Assembly: GCA_965242865.1 (NCBI GenBank)
Contig: CBDETK010000013.1
Coordinates: 960,001-1,024,000, forward strand
From: Candidatus Latescibacterota bacterium
Lineage (GTDB): Bacteria; Latescibacterota; UBA2968; UBA8231
Reading direction: 5' to 3'
Length of the DNA stretch: 64,000 bases
Position numbers and translations under genes: made by a program
The notes under the pieces: model-generated
Seen by the model: only the letters and a program-made list of their open reading frames with translations
What the model was told of the DNA's origin: nothing
Databases searched by the model: none
Shown here: positions 1 through 11,521 of the stretch, piece after piece
Layout: the number at the start of each line of letters is the position of its first letter
Position numbering within the stretch: position 1 is the first letter of the stretch

Positions 1-360
1 GGTAGCCTCGGTTCCCGAACTCACCATCCGCACCATTTCGATGGAGGGGACCATCGCCACAATGCGCTCGGCCAGCGCGGTTTCCAGCTCGGTCGGGGCA
101 CCAAAACTAGTGCCTTTTGCACAGACTTCCTGCACGGCTTTGACGACCCGGGGATGGGCATGGCCGAAAATGAGCGGCCCCCAAGAACACACGTAGTCGA
201 TGTATTCGCGGCCATCGACATCAAAAATCCGCGAACCAGCCCCCCGCTCGATAAAGCGAGGGCCACCACCCACCGCGCCAAAAGCCCGCGCCGGGCTGTT
301 CACGCCCCCGGGAATGACCTGCTGCGCTTGGGCGAAGGCTGTTGCCGAAAGAGAGACCAT
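1..360 (-). CDS. hemL: glutamate-1-semialdehyde 2,1-aminomutase, 5' part (runs off window)
   Basis: Manual translation [27 protein letters not shown]...[18 protein letters not shown]...GTSFGAPT...[11 protein letters not shown]; not in ORF track because truncated. Confidence 0.93.
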   Translation of the reverse strand, partial: MVSLSATAFAQAQQVIPGGVNSPARAFGAVGGGPRFIERGAGSRIFDVDGREYIDYVCSWGPLIFGHAHPRVVKAVQEVCAKGTSFGAPTELETALAERIVAMVPSIEMVRMVSSGTEAT

Positions 361-363
361 GAG

Positions 364-807
364 TTATCCCTTTTTTTCGTAGCGGAGTTCTAGGTCAGCG
401 TTAACAGTCTTGGCTGTCAGCCAAGAAAAGCGGTTACTCAAGATAAAGTAGTAGGCTTCGTCGCTACGTAGGGCAACGGAGAAGCGATCCGTCGTAACCC
501 TGTGAACCGAAAAGAGTGAGCGAAAGTTGTTGTCGTTGCGAAAGTTAGTGTAACCAATTTCATCCACTACGTAGGCGTTGATGTCCCGACTCCCCCCGGA
601 TGTTACCTTAAATGTTCCACTAAGCACAAAATTGCGTCCAGACTCAACGTCTCTTGGATCAATCTTCACCCGCAAAAAGGTACCCGCAGCGATCCGGGTA
701 GATACTACGTTATAGGGAGTAGATCGAGGCTCCCAAGTTGGTCCCAGCAGCCCATCGCCACAAGCGGACAACAAGAGCAAAAGCGGGAAGAAGAGTAGAA
801 TTTTCAC
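364..807 (-). CDS. hypothetical lipoprotein, beta-rich
   Basis: Lipobox LLLSAC; visibly lower GC than neighbours. Confidence 0.7.
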   Translation of the reverse strand: MKILLFFPLLLLLSACGDGLLGPTWEPRSTPYNVVSTRIAAGTFLRVKIDPRDVESGRNFVLSGTFKVTSGGSRDINAYVVDEIGYTNFRNDNNFRSLFSVHRVTTDRFSVALRSDEAYYFILSNRFSWLTAKTVNADLELRYEKKG

Positions 808-901
808 AGGTCGTTCTCCTTGGTGGCTTCTTTGATCTTTCTTTTCTGATCCTTGCGCTCAAAATAATACATAGTCATTAAGAATCAAGCTCTTAGAGCG
901 T

Positions 902-1876
902 TCACAATATCTGTAAAAGATCAGCCTCTTCCTCTGCTAAACGCTCTAGCACGACCAGTCGCTGCGCCCGTCCGCGCTCGGGCCTCTCCAAGTCGGCCAA
1001 GACTTCCAAAGGATAGTCCCCGGCTTCCAACGGAGCGATGAAGGAGGCGAAATCAGCGACTTGGACCACGGCGATTCCACCCGCTCGCAACACCCGCGCC
1101 AATTCGGCCAGTTCCGCGGCGGGGTTTGCTCCGGCCAAGCTGAATGCGTAATCGAGACGCCCCCCCACGAAGGGCAGCTGGTCCAGCGCGGCGCGTAGGT
1201 GCGCTCGGATACCCACCAGCAGGCGCGGTGCAAACGCCTCCCGCAGCGCGGCCAACTCGCCCGGGTCGCGGCGCGCCCAGAGGACGCATGCCCCCGGCTG
1301 CATGGCCACCAAGCGGGCCAAGCAATACGCCACGGCCGCATTCGGCGCGACGCCCGGTCCCAGCCGCAGCCCCAACAACGCCCGTCGGCCGGTCAGTTGT
1401 ACGTGAAACCGCAAAAGGTGCGGCCCTGTGCCGTGGCGCAACCCGTGCTCGTCGCGCAAAACCGCTGCCACGGCCGCGATCAACTCGGCCGCGCTGAACC
1501 GATAGCGGCCCTGTAGGGTCGCGCTCAGAGCAAAAGCACCGGGATCAACGGGCGCGGATTGGGCCTGCGCGAGGCTTTTGACGGGCGTCAAATCGCAACG
1601 CGCAATGCGGTTGCAGATGTATTCAAGGCCCGGACGCCCCACCGTAACCCCGTGCAACTGGCGGATTAAACCGGCGCACTGCACGGCCGAGCGTAGCCGC
1701 AGCAGCCGCTCCGGGCTGCGCTGGTACGTGAAGAAAATCCGGCCCACGCGCCCGCCCGGTTCGACCGCGACCTGTTGGACCTCAGGCGCGTACTCGCGCA
1801 ACTCGTCGAGGGCGACCGCCTCCAACCCGCTCGGCACCGCCAGCCAATAGCGATAGATCTTGTCGTTGGCGGCCAT
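902..1876 (-). CDS. THUMP-domain / degenerate RNA methyltransferase-like protein
   Basis: N-terminal VPSGLEAVALDEL and LRS as in THUMP methylases; C-terminal ELARVLRAGG resembles class I MTase 'RVLKPGG'; SAM motif I not evident. Confidence 0.55.
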   Translation of the reverse strand: MAANDKIYRYWLAVPSGLEAVALDELREYAPEVQQVAVEPGGRVGRIFFTYQRSPERLLRLRSAVQCAGLIRQLHGVTVGRPGLEYICNRIARCDLTPVKSLAQAQSAPVDPGAFALSATLQGRYRFSAAELIAAVAAVLRDEHGLRHGTGPHLLRFHVQLTGRRALLGLRLGPGVAPNAAVAYCLARLVAMQPGACVLWARRDPGELAALREAFAPRLLVGIRAHLRAALDQLPFVGGRLDYAFSLAGANPAAELAELARVLRAGGIAVVQVADFASFIAPLEAGDYPLEVLADLERPERGRAQRLVVLERLAEEEADLLQIL

Positions 1877-3159
1877 TACTCGGCGCGTCTCGGGGGTACA
1901 ATCTGCATCGCGCTCAAGTGTGCTGGCGACAGGCAGCTATCGAGCACTTCGAGGATGTCGCCGACCGCAATCTGCTCGTGGACAGCAAAATAGAGGCTGG
2001 GGGTAGCTTGGCTGGCCGCGGCCGAGCAAAGCAGATCGGCCACATCCTCGGCTTGCTCCCACGCCCGCAGCAGCAGGCCGTAGGCTTTGCGCTTGGCGCG
2101 GTCCAAATCCGCGGCCACGACGCGCTCGTCGAGGCCGGCCAAGGCAGCCCCTATTTCCTCGCCCAATCGCTCGCTCTGTTGGGTATATCCCCCCACCGCG
2201 CAAAAGCAGAACGTCGGCTCGGCATAGACCTCGGCCCCAAAGGCATCGCCGTCGATGAGGCCGTCTTCGTAGTGGGTGGCAAAAAAATCGCTCGCCGGCC
2301 CCAAGGCGATATCCAAGGCCAGCTCTAAGGCCAGTTCCCGCAACAGCAAGTCGCGCCCCGACCGGCCCGCAAGAGAGTCGCCAAAAAGCAGCACGGTATA
2401 GGGCCGGCTCACCGGCAGGACTAGGGCTTCGAGCGGCTGCGGCTGCGGCAAAACCACTGGCCGCTCCACCCGGTCCCAAGCGGAAGGCGGCCGGCTGTAT
2501 TTCAGCAAGCTGGACTCGACGACCGCGCAAGTGGCCTCGATGTCGAAATCCCCGCACAGGTACAGCCCCATGTACTCGGGGCGGTAAAAGGCTTGGTGGC
2601 AACGGGTTAGCACGGCCGCGTCAATCTGCCCAAGGCTCGCCCGCGTACCGGCCATATCCCAGGCCAAGGGGCCATCCCCATACAGCCCCGCAAGCCCGTG
2701 CAAAAACCCGATCCACTCCGGGTCGTCGCAGCTGATCTGGAGTTCGCGCTCGATGATTTCGCGCTCCTGAGCCACGCCGGCCGGGCGGATGTGCAGGTCC
2801 AACGCCAGTTCCAAGAGCAACGCTAGGTGCGCGGCAAAATGCTCAATGCACGTCAGAGAAAAAACAGTGGAAGTAAAACTGGTGCTGGCGTTTACGTCGC
2901 CGCCGAGGCGGCTGATTTGCTCGGTGATGTCGCCGTGGGGTTTGGCAAACAGGCCGTGTTCGAGAAAGTGCGCGGTTCCAACCGGCGCGGTCAGGACCTG
3001 CCCAGCGTCGCGGCCGCGCACCTGCAGATCGACCGAACCGTAGTCTATGGACAGCACGGCGGCTTTTTGCCGACTGCCCGGGCGCGGGACCGCCCACACC
3101 TCGAGGCCGCCTAAGCCCCTGCGGTACACGACTTCGCCCAATACGGTCTCACGTCCCAT
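1876..3159 (-). CDS. M16 (pitrilysin) family zinc peptidase, YmfH-like catalytic subunit
   Basis: GTAHFLEH (HxxEH), NASTS, EREIIERE. Confidence 0.85.
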   Translation of the reverse strand: MGRETVLGEVVYRRGLGGLEVWAVPRPGSRQKAAVLSIDYGSVDLQVRGRDAGQVLTAPVGTAHFLEHGLFAKPHGDITEQISRLGGDVNASTSFTSTVFSLTCIEHFAAHLALLLELALDLHIRPAGVAQEREIIERELQISCDDPEWIGFLHGLAGLYGDGPLAWDMAGTRASLGQIDAAVLTRCHQAFYRPEYMGLYLCGDFDIEATCAVVESSLLKYSRPPSAWDRVERPVVLPQPQPLEALVLPVSRPYTVLLFGDSLAGRSGRDLLLRELALELALDIALGPASDFFATHYEDGLIDGDAFGAEVYAEPTFCFCAVGGYTQQSERLGEEIGAALAGLDERVVAADLDRAKRKAYGLLLRAWEQAEDVADLLCSAAASQATPSLYFAVHEQIAVGDILEVLDSCLSPAHLSAMQIVPPRRAE

Positions 3160-4414
3160 GTAGGAGAAAGGCCGTGTCTGCTGTGATGCCCCCGGCCACG
3201 CGGGTTAGGTCCTCGACGCCGACTTGCTCGACGCGCTGCCACAGCACCTGCGGGGACTGGCTGCCTCCGGCCAGCCCCTCCCGCAGTTGGTAGCGAAAAA
3301 AGCCCTCGCGGTCTTCGGCCAACCCCAACAGCCGCGCCCTCAGCCAGCACCGGGCGGCTTCGATCTCTTGGGGAGTAAAGGCCCCGGTTCGCAGCACTTG
3401 GAGCTCCTGTTCCACCGCCGCTCGGGCTTGGGGGTACGCGGCCGCTTCAATGCCCGCGGCCACAAACAGCAGTCCGCTCAAGGCCTCAAGGTGCGATGCC
3501 ACGTAGTAGCACAACCCGGCTTCTTCGCGCAGGTGTTTGAACAGCCGCGAAGGGCCGTCGCCGCCCAGCATCAGGTTTAGGAGCACCAACGCCGGATAGT
3601 CGTCGGTGCCGTCCGCGCCATACGCAACGTGCGTGCGATAGCCCAGCACCATGTTGGCCTCGCGCACTGCTTGGCATTCAAAAATCGTGCGCGGCCGCCC
3701 CGCAATGCACGGGCGCGGCCGCGGAGGCTGGCTCGCGGTGCGCTGCCAAGTAAAAAGCGACTCCATCAAGGGCCGCACCTGCTCCAAGCACACAGCGCCG
3801 CTCACGAACAGGTCTAGGCGGTCGGTCGCCATCCGCTCGCGGTGGAAAGCCCACAACTCGTCCGCCTGCACCGCGGCAAAGTCGGCCGGGTTGCCCAGCG
3901 CGGACAAGCCCATGGGTTCGCCCCGGCACATCTCCTCGCGGCATCGCCTTTGGGCGTAGCTTAATTTGTCGTTGAAGCCATCGGCGATTTGCCGCGCGAG
4001 GCGGCTTTTTTCGCGCGCTAAATGAGCATCCTGAAAGCCGTGGCCATCGCGCAGGACATCGCGCAGGAAGGTCAGGCCGCGTTCCAGTATTCCTTTCTCC
4101 CCAAGGAAGTTCTCGTCGATGATCTCTAGGCACAAATGAATGAACTGATGCGCCCCTACCCGATCGACTTGGACCGAGTAATGCGCTCCATAGAGATCGT
4201 CGATAAAGCGGTTGAGGCTCTGGACATCGGGCAGCTTGTGGGTGCCCCGCGCCAGCAGGCGGCTGCTCAGGGCCACGAGCGAATGGCGCGGCGCACCCAG
4301 CGGCGTACTCAGACACGCATCCACTCGGATCGTCTTGTACAACCCGATGCGATGCACGTGCAAATAAACGCCGTCCGCGAGTTGGACGCGGGTGAATTCA
4401 CCGGCTGCGCGCAT
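3149..4414 (-). CDS. M16 family non-catalytic subunit, YmfF-like
   Basis: No HxxEH; LGGDGPSRLFKHLREEAGLCYY motif; overlaps partner gene; start taken at MRAAGEF. Confidence 0.8.
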   Translation of the reverse strand: MRAAGEFTRVQLADGVYLHVHRIGLYKTIRVDACLSTPLGAPRHSLVALSSRLLARGTHKLPDVQSLNRFIDDLYGAHYSVQVDRVGAHQFIHLCLEIIDENFLGEKGILERGLTFLRDVLRDGHGFQDAHLAREKSRLARQIADGFNDKLSYAQRRCREEMCRGEPMGLSALGNPADFAAVQADELWAFHRERMATDRLDLFVSGAVCLEQVRPLMESLFTWQRTASQPPRPRPCIAGRPRTIFECQAVREANMVLGYRTHVAYGADGTDDYPALVLLNLMLGGDGPSRLFKHLREEAGLCYYVASHLEALSGLLFVAAGIEAAAYPQARAAVEQELQVLRTGAFTPQEIEAARCWLRARLLGLAEDREGFFRYQLREGLAGGSQSPQVLWQRVEQVGVEDLTRVAGGITADTAFLLHGT

Positions 4415-4457
4415 TGACGCCCAGCACCCTTCTTGGTTTAGTTTTCGCATGGTCCGC

Positions 4458-5195
4458 ATGAATCCGCTCGACAACATCCGCGTCGTGCTCGTTGAGCCGG
4501 CCACGCCCGGCAATATCGGCGCTACGGCCCGCGTGCTCAAAACCACGGGCATCCGTCAGTTGGCCTTGGTCAATCCCGGGGCGTGGGATACGCCCCAAGC
4601 GCGCACCTTTGCCCACGGCGCGGGCGATGTTCTCGACGGCAGCCAAGTGTTCCCTAGCCTAGCCGCGGCCGTAGCCGATTGCCACCTCGTCGTCGGTACG
4701 ACCCATCGGCAGGGCCGCTTCCGCACGGTTACCTCCGCGCCGCCGGCCCTGATCGACCAACTCGCCGCCCAAGTACACCACCGCCGGATCGCGCTCGTGT
4801 TCGGCCGCGAACGGGACGGCTTGTGGCACGAGGAACTCGCGCTCTGCCACCAAGTGCTGAGGTTCCCCACGGCCGTGGCCTATCCCTCCCTCAACCTCTC
4901 CCACGCCGTGCTCCTGCTGACCTATGGCCTGTACAGCGCGGTGGGCGAAGCACCACCGGCCCCCTCCGCCCAACCCGCAACGACCGGCGAGCGCGAGCGC
5001 ATGTTGGCCCAGCTTTTGCACGCCTTAGCCGAGATAGAGTTTACCCCGTACAACAACGAGCCAGAGCACTTTGGCCGCGTGCTGCGCCGCTTCTTCAACA
5101 AGGTCGATTTGGAAGTGCGGGATGTGCGGGCGATTCAGACGATATGCGGCCAGATCCGCAAGTTCAGCCGCCGCTATCGCGGCCGGGCCGACTGA
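4458..5195 (+). CDS. trmJ: tRNA/rRNA 2'-O-methyltransferase, TrmJ/LasT SPOUT family
   Basis: [40 protein letters not shown]. Confidence 0.85.
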   Translation: MNPLDNIRVVLVEPATPGNIGATARVLKTTGIRQLALVNPGAWDTPQARTFAHGAGDVLDGSQVFPSLAAAVADCHLVVGTTHRQGRFRTVTSAPPALIDQLAAQVHHRRIALVFGRERDGLWHEELALCHQVLRFPTAVAYPSLNLSHAVLLLTYGLYSAVGEAPPAPSAQPATTGERERMLAQLLHALAEIEFTPYNNEPEHFGRVLRRFFNKVDLEVRDVRAIQTICGQIRKFSRRYRGRAD

Positions 5196-6157
5196 TGGGC
5201 CACCTGCTCCAAGTCCGAGTCGACCATCTGCTGGACCATTTCTTCAAAGCCGACCTCGGGGTGCCAACCGAGTTTTCCCCGCGCCTTCGCTGCATCGCCC
5301 AACAGGGTATGTACCTCGGCGGGACGCAAAAAGCGCTCATCCACAACCACGTATTGCCGCCAGTCTAAGCCCGCGTGGGCAAAGGCGACCTCGCAGAATT
5401 CGCCAATGGTGTGCGAGACGCCCGTGGCGACGACGTAATCGTCCGGGGCGTCCTGCTGGAGCATCATCCACATGGCGCGGACAAAGTCGCTCGCATGGCC
5501 CCAATCGCGGCGGGCCTCCAGATTGCCGAGGCGCAGCTCTGAGTCGAGTCCGCATTTGATGCGAGCCACGCCGTGCGTGATTTTGCGGGTGACGAATTCG
5601 CGCCCGCGGCGCGGGGACTCGTGATTGAACAGAATGCCCGTGCAGGCAAACAAACCGTAGCTTTCGCGGTAGTTGATGGTGATCCAATGCGCGTAGAGCT
5701 TGGATACTCCGTAGGGCGAGCGCGGATAAAAGGCCGTTTGCTCGTTTTGCGGCGTTTCTTGGGCCTTGCCGAACAACTCGCTGGTGCTGGCTTGGTAAAA
5801 GCGGATATTCTCGCCGCAGGCGCGGATGGCTTCCAAAATCCGCGTCACCCCCAAGCCGGTCACTTCGCCGGTCAACATGGGCTGCTCCCAAGAGACCGGC
5901 ACAAAGGACTGGGCCCCTAGGTTGTACACTTCCTGCGGCCGCGCGGCCTGCAACGCCGAAACCAGCGACTTCTGGTCCAGCAGATCGCCGGAGATCAGCT
6001 CGATTTGGTCCTGCAAGTGGCCGATCCGCTCGAAGTTGACCGTGCTGCTGCGGCGCACCAGCCCGAACACCTCATAGCCCTTTTCGAGCAGCCATTCGGC
6101 CAAGTACGAACCGTCTTGCCCGGTGATGCCGGTGATTACGGCGCGCTTTGGACTCAT
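5174..6157 (-). CDS. gmd: GDP-mannose 4,6-dehydratase
   Basis: [40 protein letters not shown]; real start MSPKRAV at 6157. Confidence 0.96.
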   Translation of the reverse strand: MSPKRAVITGITGQDGSYLAEWLLEKGYEVFGLVRRSSTVNFERIGHLQDQIELISGDLLDQKSLVSALQAARPQEVYNLGAQSFVPVSWEQPMLTGEVTGLGVTRILEAIRACGENIRFYQASTSELFGKAQETPQNEQTAFYPRSPYGVSKLYAHWITINYRESYGLFACTGILFNHESPRRGREFVTRKITHGVARIKCGLDSELRLGNLEARRDWGHASDFVRAMWMMLQQDAPDDYVVATGVSHTIGEFCEVAFAHAGLDWRQYVVVDERFLRPAEVHTLLGDAAKARGKLGWHPEVGFEEMVQQMVDSDLEQVAHQSARPR

Positions 6158-6165
6158 CTCACTCC

Positions 6166-9000
6166 TCACTCCTCTCGGGCGTACGTTTCTACCGGCGGAC
6201 AGGAACAGATCAGGTTGCGATCGCCCTGCGCGTCGTTCAGCCGCCCTACGGCCGGCCAGAACTTGCGCTCCAACAGCCAAGGCGCGGGCAACGCGGCCAC
6301 AGTCCTGGAATAGGGCCGGTCCCAGTCGTCGGCCAGCACAACGTCCACCGGGTGGGGCGCGTGGACCAGCGGGTTGTTGGCGCGGTCCATTGCTCCAGCG
6401 GCTACTTGCTGGATTTCGCCGCCAATGGCGATCAGGGCCGCGCAAAATCGGTCCAACTCGGCTTTGGACTCGCTCTCGGTCGGTTCGACCATCAACGTCC
6501 CGGCCACCGGAAAGGATACCGTGGGCGCGTGGAACCCGTAGTCCATCAACCGCTTGGCTACGTCTTCGACGCCAATGCCGTGTTCTCGCGCCCAGCGCAG
6601 GTCGAGGATGCACTCGTGCGCGACGCGCCCGTTGCGCCCCTTGTACAGCACGGGAAAGGAATCCGCCAAGCGGGTGCTTAGGTAATTGGCATTGAGGATC
6701 GCCACCTGCGTCGCCTTGGCCAAGCCCGCGCCGCCCATCAGCCGCAAGTACGCCCAAGATATGAGCAAAATTGAGGCACTGCCCCAGGGCGCGGCCGCAA
6801 TCGGGCCAATTGATTCGACCCCGCCGGTGGCGACGAGGGGATGGGAAGGCAAAAACTCCACCAAGTGCTCGGCCACGGCAATGGGACCCATCCCCGGGCC
6901 GCCTCCGCCGTGGGGAATGCAAAAGGTCTTGTGCAAGTTCAGATGGCACACGTCAATGCCGATTTCTCCGGGCCGGCACCAGCCCACCAAGGCGTTCATG
7001 TTGGCGCCGTCCATATAGACTTGACCGCCGGCTTGGTGGACGACCGCGCAGATTTCGGCGATGGCCTCTTCAAAGACCCCGTGGGTTGAGGGGTACGTCA
7101 CCATGAGGGCGGCGAGCCGCTCGCGGTGGGCCGCGGCCTGCGCCCGCAGGTCCGCCACGTCGATATTGCCCTCGGCGTCGCAGGCAACCACGACCACGTC
7201 CAACCCGGCCATGGCCGCGCTCGCGGGATTCGTTCCATGGGCCGAGGCTGGGATGAGGCAAATGTTCCGCTGGGCCTGCCCGCGCATCCGGTGGTATTGG
7301 CGCACGATGAGGAGGCCGGCGTACTCGCCCTGCGAACCCGCGTTGGGTTGCAGGGAAATGCCCGGGAGGCCGGTGATCGCGCGCAGCATGTCCTCCATTT
7401 CGGCGAAAATCGCCGCGTACCCCCGGGCTTGCTCTAGTGGCGCAAACGGGTGCAGCGCAGCAAATTCTGGCCAAGTAATCGCCATCATTTCCGCGGTCGC
7501 ATTGAGCTTCATGGTACACGAGCCGAGCGGAATCATCGCGTGGACTAAGGACAGGTCCTTGGCTTCAAGCCGGCGCATGTAGCGCATCATTTCGGTCTCG
7601 GAGTGGTGCGCCGCAAAAACGGGATGTTCCATGAAGCGCGAGCAGCGCTCGTGGACCGGCCCCCAAGCCGGCTCGGCCTCCACTTGGGCCGGGAGCTGGC
7701 CGCCCAGCAAGGCGAGGATGGCTTGCAAATCGGCCTGTTGGGTTGTTTCGTCGAGGGCAATGCCCCAGTGCCCTTCCCCTAGATCGCGGAAGTTCATCCC
7801 CTCGGCCCGCGCCTGCGCCAACAGCTCGTCGCCCTGCGCTCCCACTTCAACGCGCAGCGCGTCAAAGTAGTGGTCGTGGACTATTCGGTAGCCGGCGTCC
7901 TCCAGCCCGCGGGCGAGGGCCCGCGCTTGGCGGTGGATGCGACCGGCCAAGCGCCGCAACCCGTCTGGTCCGTGATAGACCGCGTACATGCTCGCCACCA
8001 CGGCCGGCAAGACCTCGGCCGTGCAGATGTTGCTCGTGGCTCGCTCGCGTTTGATGTGCTGTTCGCGGGTTTGCAAGGCCATGCGCAGGGCGGGCTGGCC
8101 GCGGACATCCTCTGAGACGCCGATGATGCGCCCGGGCACCTGCCGCTGAAACTCGGGGCGCGTCGCCAAAAAGGCCGCGTGCGGGCCGCCGTATCCCATG
8201 GGCATGCCAAAGCGCTGCGCACTCCCAATGGCCGCATCGGCCCCAAACTCCCCGGGGGGCCGCAGCAAACACAGGGCGAGCAGGTCAACGGCCACGCACA
8301 CGAGGGTCTGATGGGCGTGTGCCTGAGCGCAGAACTCGGCGTAGTCGTACAGTGCCCCATCGGAGGCCGGATATTGGAGCAAGGCGGCAAAGGCCCCGGC
8401 AGCAAAATCCCAGTCTCGATGATCGCCTACGACCACCTCCCACCCCCGCGACTCGGCCCGGACCTCGACCACCGCTATGGTTTGCGGATGGCAGGCCGAC
8501 GAGACAAAGACGCGCTCGCTGGCGTTTTTCTTTTGCACGGCCCGCAACATGGCTACGGCCTCGGCCGCGGCCGTAGCTTCGTCCAATAAGGAGGCATTGG
8601 CCAAGGCAAAACCCGTCAGGTCGCCGACCATGGTTTGGAAGTTGAGCAGGGCCTCTAGCCGACCTTGGGCGATTTCGGACTGGTAGGGCGTGTACTGGGT
8701 GTACCAGCCTGGGTTTTCCAAGATGTTGCGCTGAATCACCGGAGGGGTTATGCAGTCTGAGTAGCCCAAGCCGATAAAGCTGCGGGCTAGGCGATTTTGG
8801 CCGGCCAAGGCCCGCAACCTGCCCAGCAACTCGTACTCGCTGATGCCTTCGCCGAGCGCTAGCGGGTGTTGCGCCCGAATGGCCGCCGGTAGAGTCTCAT
8901 CCATGAGGCTGTCCAAACTGTCGGCCCCCACGGCCGCGAGCATGGCGGCTAGGTCGGCGGCCGTAGGGCCGATGTGTCGGCGGACAAACTCGTCGCTCAT
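6166..9000 (-). CDS. gcvP: glycine dehydrogenase (glycine cleavage P protein)
   Basis: [31 protein letters not shown] site, [11 protein letters not shown]. Confidence 0.97.
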   Translation of the reverse strand: MSDEFVRRHIGPTAADLAAMLAAVGADSLDSLMDETLPAAIRAQHPLALGEGISEYELLGRLRALAGQNRLARSFIGLGYSDCITPPVIQRNILENPGWYTQYTPYQSEIAQGRLEALLNFQTMVGDLTGFALANASLLDEATAAAEAVAMLRAVQKKNASERVFVSSACHPQTIAVVEVRAESRGWEVVVGDHRDWDFAAGAFAALLQYPASDGALYDYAEFCAQAHAHQTLVCVAVDLLALCLLRPPGEFGADAAIGSAQRFGMPMGYGGPHAAFLATRPEFQRQVPGRIIGVSEDVRGQPALRMALQTREQHIKRERATSNICTAEVLPAVVASMYAVYHGPDGLRRLAGRIHRQARALARGLEDAGYRIVHDHYFDALRVEVGAQGDELLAQARAEGMNFRDLGEGHWGIALDETTQQADLQAILALLGGQLPAQVEAEPAWGPVHERCSRFMEHPVFAAHHSETEMMRYMRRLEAKDLSLVHAMIPLGSCTMKLNATAEMMAITWPEFAALHPFAPLEQARGYAAIFAEMEDMLRAITGLPGISLQPNAGSQGEYAGLLIVRQYHRMRGQAQRNICLIPASAHGTNPASAAMAGLDVVVVACDAEGNIDVADLRAQAAAHRERLAALMVTYPSTHGVFEEAIAEICAVVHQAGGQVYMDGANMNALVGWCRPGEIGIDVCHLNLHKTFCIPHGGGGPGMGPIAVAEHLVEFLPSHPLVATGGVESIGPIAAAPWGSASILLISWAYLRLMGGAGLAKATQVAILNANYLSTRLADSFPVLYKGRNGRVAHECILDLRWAREHGIGVEDVAKRLMDYGFHAPTVSFPVAGTLMVEPTESESKAELDRFCAALIAIGGEIQQVAAGAMDRANNPLVHAPHPVDVVLADDWDRPYSRTVAALPAPWLLERKFWPAVGRLNDAQGDRNLICSCPPVETYAREE

Positions 9001-9002
9001 GC

Positions 9003-10118
9003 TCAGTCCTTTTTAAGTCCCGACAGCACAAAGGGCCGTGCGACCACCACGGCCGGCTGCTGCTTGCCCTTTATGCCGATGGACACTTGGGTTCCCATTT
9101 TTTGTGCGCTACGCGGTAAAAAGGCCAGCCCAATGCCCTCGTTGAGCACCGGCGAGTGCGTCCCACTGGTCACGGTCCCCACCTGCTCTCCGCGCCGGTC
9201 GAAAACCGGATAATCCGGCCGGGGAATGCCCCTTTCCAACATGCGGAAGCCGCGCAAGCGGCGATAGCCGCCCGCCGCCCGCTGCACTCGCAGGGCCTCG
9301 GCACCGACAAAATCCGCCTCTTTTTCGAGGTCGAGCGTCCAAGCCAACCCCGCTTCTAAGGGGGTCGTCTGTTCGTTCAATTCGCGGCCATACAGGCAAA
9401 ACCCCATCTCCAAGCGCAAGGTGTCGCGGGCACCGAGCCCACACGGCTGGGCCCCGGCCGCGCGGAGCTTGGCCCACAGCGCGGCGACTTGGTCGGCCGG
9501 GCACATAATCTCAAACCCGTCTTCGCCGGTGTAGCCATTGCGGCTGAGCACCCCGCGGATTCCGGCGATTTCCATAGCCGCGCAGCGATAGTACCCGAGG
9601 GCCACGCTAGTCGGGCCAGCGAGTGCTTCGACTAAGGCGGCCGCCTTTGGCCCTTGTACCGCTACCATGCCCAGTTCGTCGCTCAAGTCCTCAATTTGCA
9701 CCTCCGCACAACCCGCGACCGCGGCCTGTGCGGTAATCCACTGCCAGTCCGCCGCCTTCCGGCTCGCGTTGACCACCAAGCGGTACTCCTGCTCGGCGAG
9801 CCGATAGAGTACCAGATCGTCCACGCATCCGCCCTGTTCATTGCACAGGGGCGCGTAGAGCATCTGGCCGATGGCCAAGGCGCGGACCCGCGCCGGCAAG
9901 AGGCGGTCGAGGAAGGCCACTGCGTCCGCCCCGGCAACGGCCATGCGCCCCATGTGCGAGATGTCGAACAGGCCGACCGCTCGACGCACCGCCCCATGTT
10001 CGCGGCGGATGCCCTCGAACTGGACCGGCATTTCCCACCCGCCAAAGGGCACCATGCGCCCGCCTTCGGCGACAGCTACCTCATAGAGCGGCGTCCGCCG
10101 CAAGCGTTCATGGGGCAT
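9003..10118 (-). CDS. gcvT: glycine cleavage aminomethyltransferase T
   Basis: [38 protein letters not shown]. Confidence 0.96.
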   Translation of the reverse strand: MPHERLRRTPLYEVAVAEGGRMVPFGGWEMPVQFEGIRREHGAVRRAVGLFDISHMGRMAVAGADAVAFLDRLLPARVRALAIGQMLYAPLCNEQGGCVDDLVLYRLAEQEYRLVVNASRKAADWQWITAQAAVAGCAEVQIEDLSDELGMVAVQGPKAAALVEALAGPTSVALGYYRCAAMEIAGIRGVLSRNGYTGEDGFEIMCPADQVAALWAKLRAAGAQPCGLGARDTLRLEMGFCLYGRELNEQTTPLEAGLAWTLDLEKEADFVGAEALRVQRAAGGYRRLRGFRMLERGIPRPDYPVFDRRGEQVGTVTSGTHSPVLNEGIGLAFLPRSAQKMGTQVSIGIKGKQQPAVVVARPFVLSGLKKD

Positions 10119-10737
10119 GGCGATTCAACTCGGCCCACAGGGCTTTGGCCTGCGCGGCGAGCGCGGCCAAGTCCGCGTTGTTGTCGATGACAACGTCGGC
10201 GCGGGCCTTTTTTTGGTGCGGATCCAGCTGGCGGGCCATCCGCTGCCTAATCTCGCCCACCGGCAAGCCGCTGCGCTGCTGCACCCTCGACACGCATCGT
10301 TCCTCCTCAGCATCAACGACCGCAATGCGGTCGAAGTTCCCCTCGCTTCCCCACTCGTATATCAGGGGCGCGTCAAACACCACGATCCCCCCGTTGGCTT
10401 CCGCCACGGCCTGCGCCAGCCGGCGTTGGATGGCCGCTTCGAGCGGCGGCCGCATAATCGCCTCTAACCGCTGGCTCGCCTCGGCCGATTGCAGGGCGCG
10501 ACGCCCTAACTCCGGGCGATTCAAGCTCCCGTCTGGGCGGAGCACATCGCGGCCAAACGCCGCTTGCAGGTTTTCTAGTACCGCTGGAATGGTCGCCACT
10601 TCGTGCGCTACCTCGTCGGCATCGACCCGCAGGGCACCCAACTCGGCGAGCATTCGCGCCAGTGTGGACTTGCCCGCGCCCATGCCGCCGGTAATGCCTA
10701 CGAGCATCGGGCCCTGGGGCCGGCTGGGGTCGAGCAA
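10108..10737 (-). CDS. coaE: dephospho-CoA kinase
   Basis: VGITGGMGAGKST, DAPLIYE, ADVVIDN. Confidence 0.92.
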   Translation of the reverse strand: MLDPSRPQGPMLVGITGGMGAGKSTLARMLAELGALRVDADEVAHEVATIPAVLENLQAAFGRDVLRPDGSLNRPELGRRALQSAEASQRLEAIMRPPLEAAIQRRLAQAVAEANGGIVVFDAPLIYEWGSEGNFDRIAVVDAEEERCVSRVQQRSGLPVGEIRQRMARQLDPHQKKARADVVIDNNADLAALAAQAKALWAELNRHAP

Positions 10738-10843
10738 CAGAATTCAAAAAATCGCACCACTTTGCCTTGCAATGAAGGTGGACGGAACCGGGCAAAATGT
10801 ACCGCGCCGACCCTACGTGGTCAACCGACCGGAGCGACGCCCA

Positions 10844-10872
10844 TTGACACTATATGGGGCATCGCCTATAGT
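10844..10872 (+). promoter_or_regulatory. sigma70-type promoter for clpP
   Basis: TTGACA-N17-TATAGT, 43 bp upstream of ATG. Confidence 0.7.
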
Positions 10873-10915
10873 CCATTGGTTGGCGACTGGACCCTCTTCA
10901 AACGACAAATAGCAA

Positions 10916-11521
10916 ATGGCCATCGTACCCGTAGTAATCGAACAGACCGGCCGCGGCGAGCGCGCCTACGACATCTTCTCCCGCCTCCTCAAGGAGCGGA
11001 TCATTTTCATCAGCACCCCGATTGACGACCGCGAAGCCAACCTCGTCATCGCCCAGCTGCTCTTTTTAATCTCGGAAGATCCCCAAAAAGACATTTCGCT
11101 TTACATCAACAGCCCTGGCGGCAGCCTCACGGCTGGCTTGGCCATCTACGACACCATGCAGTACGTCCCCTGCGACGTAGCGACGCTGTGCATCGGCCAA
11201 GCGTATAGCATGAGCGCGATCCTCCTCGCCGGCGGGGCCAAAGGCAAGCGCCACGCTCTGGCTCATTCTCGGCTCATGCTGCACCAGCCCTGGGGAGGGG
11301 TCCGCGGCCAAGCGGCCGATATTGAAATCCACGCCCGCGAAATCGTCGAGTGGCGCGACCGGCTCAACCAGATCTTAGTCCGAGATACCGGCCAGCCGCT
11401 CGAGCGCATCGAACTGGTCACCGAGCGCGATTACTTTCTTTCGCCGGCCGAGGCGATTGACTTCGGCCTAATCGACGGCCTTCTGACGTCCGAACAAGAG
11501 CTGGCCGCTCTCGCTGGCTAA
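10916..11521 (+). CDS. clpP: ATP-dependent Clp protease proteolytic subunit
   Basis: [25 protein letters not shown]; catalytic S (AYSM), H (LHQP), D (ERD). Confidence 0.96.
   Translation: MAIVPVVIEQTGRGERAYDIFSRLLKERIIFISTPIDDREANLVIAQLLFLISEDPQKDISLYINSPGGSLTAGLAIYDTMQYVPCDVATLCIGQAYSMSAILLAGGAKGKRHALAHSRLMLHQPWGGVRGQAADIEIHAREIVEWRDRLNQILVRDTGQPLERIELVTERDYFLSPAEAIDFGLIDGLLTSEQELAALAG

Noticed and set aside
1876-4414. Bacillus-type EF-P 5-aminopentanol modification locus
   Set aside because: M16 pairs are widespread and no ymfI-like reductase is adjacent
6158-6949. Long N-terminal extension of the 591-aa gmd ORF
   Set aside because: Alternative frame inside gcvP; Gmd similarity starts at MSPKRAV (6157)
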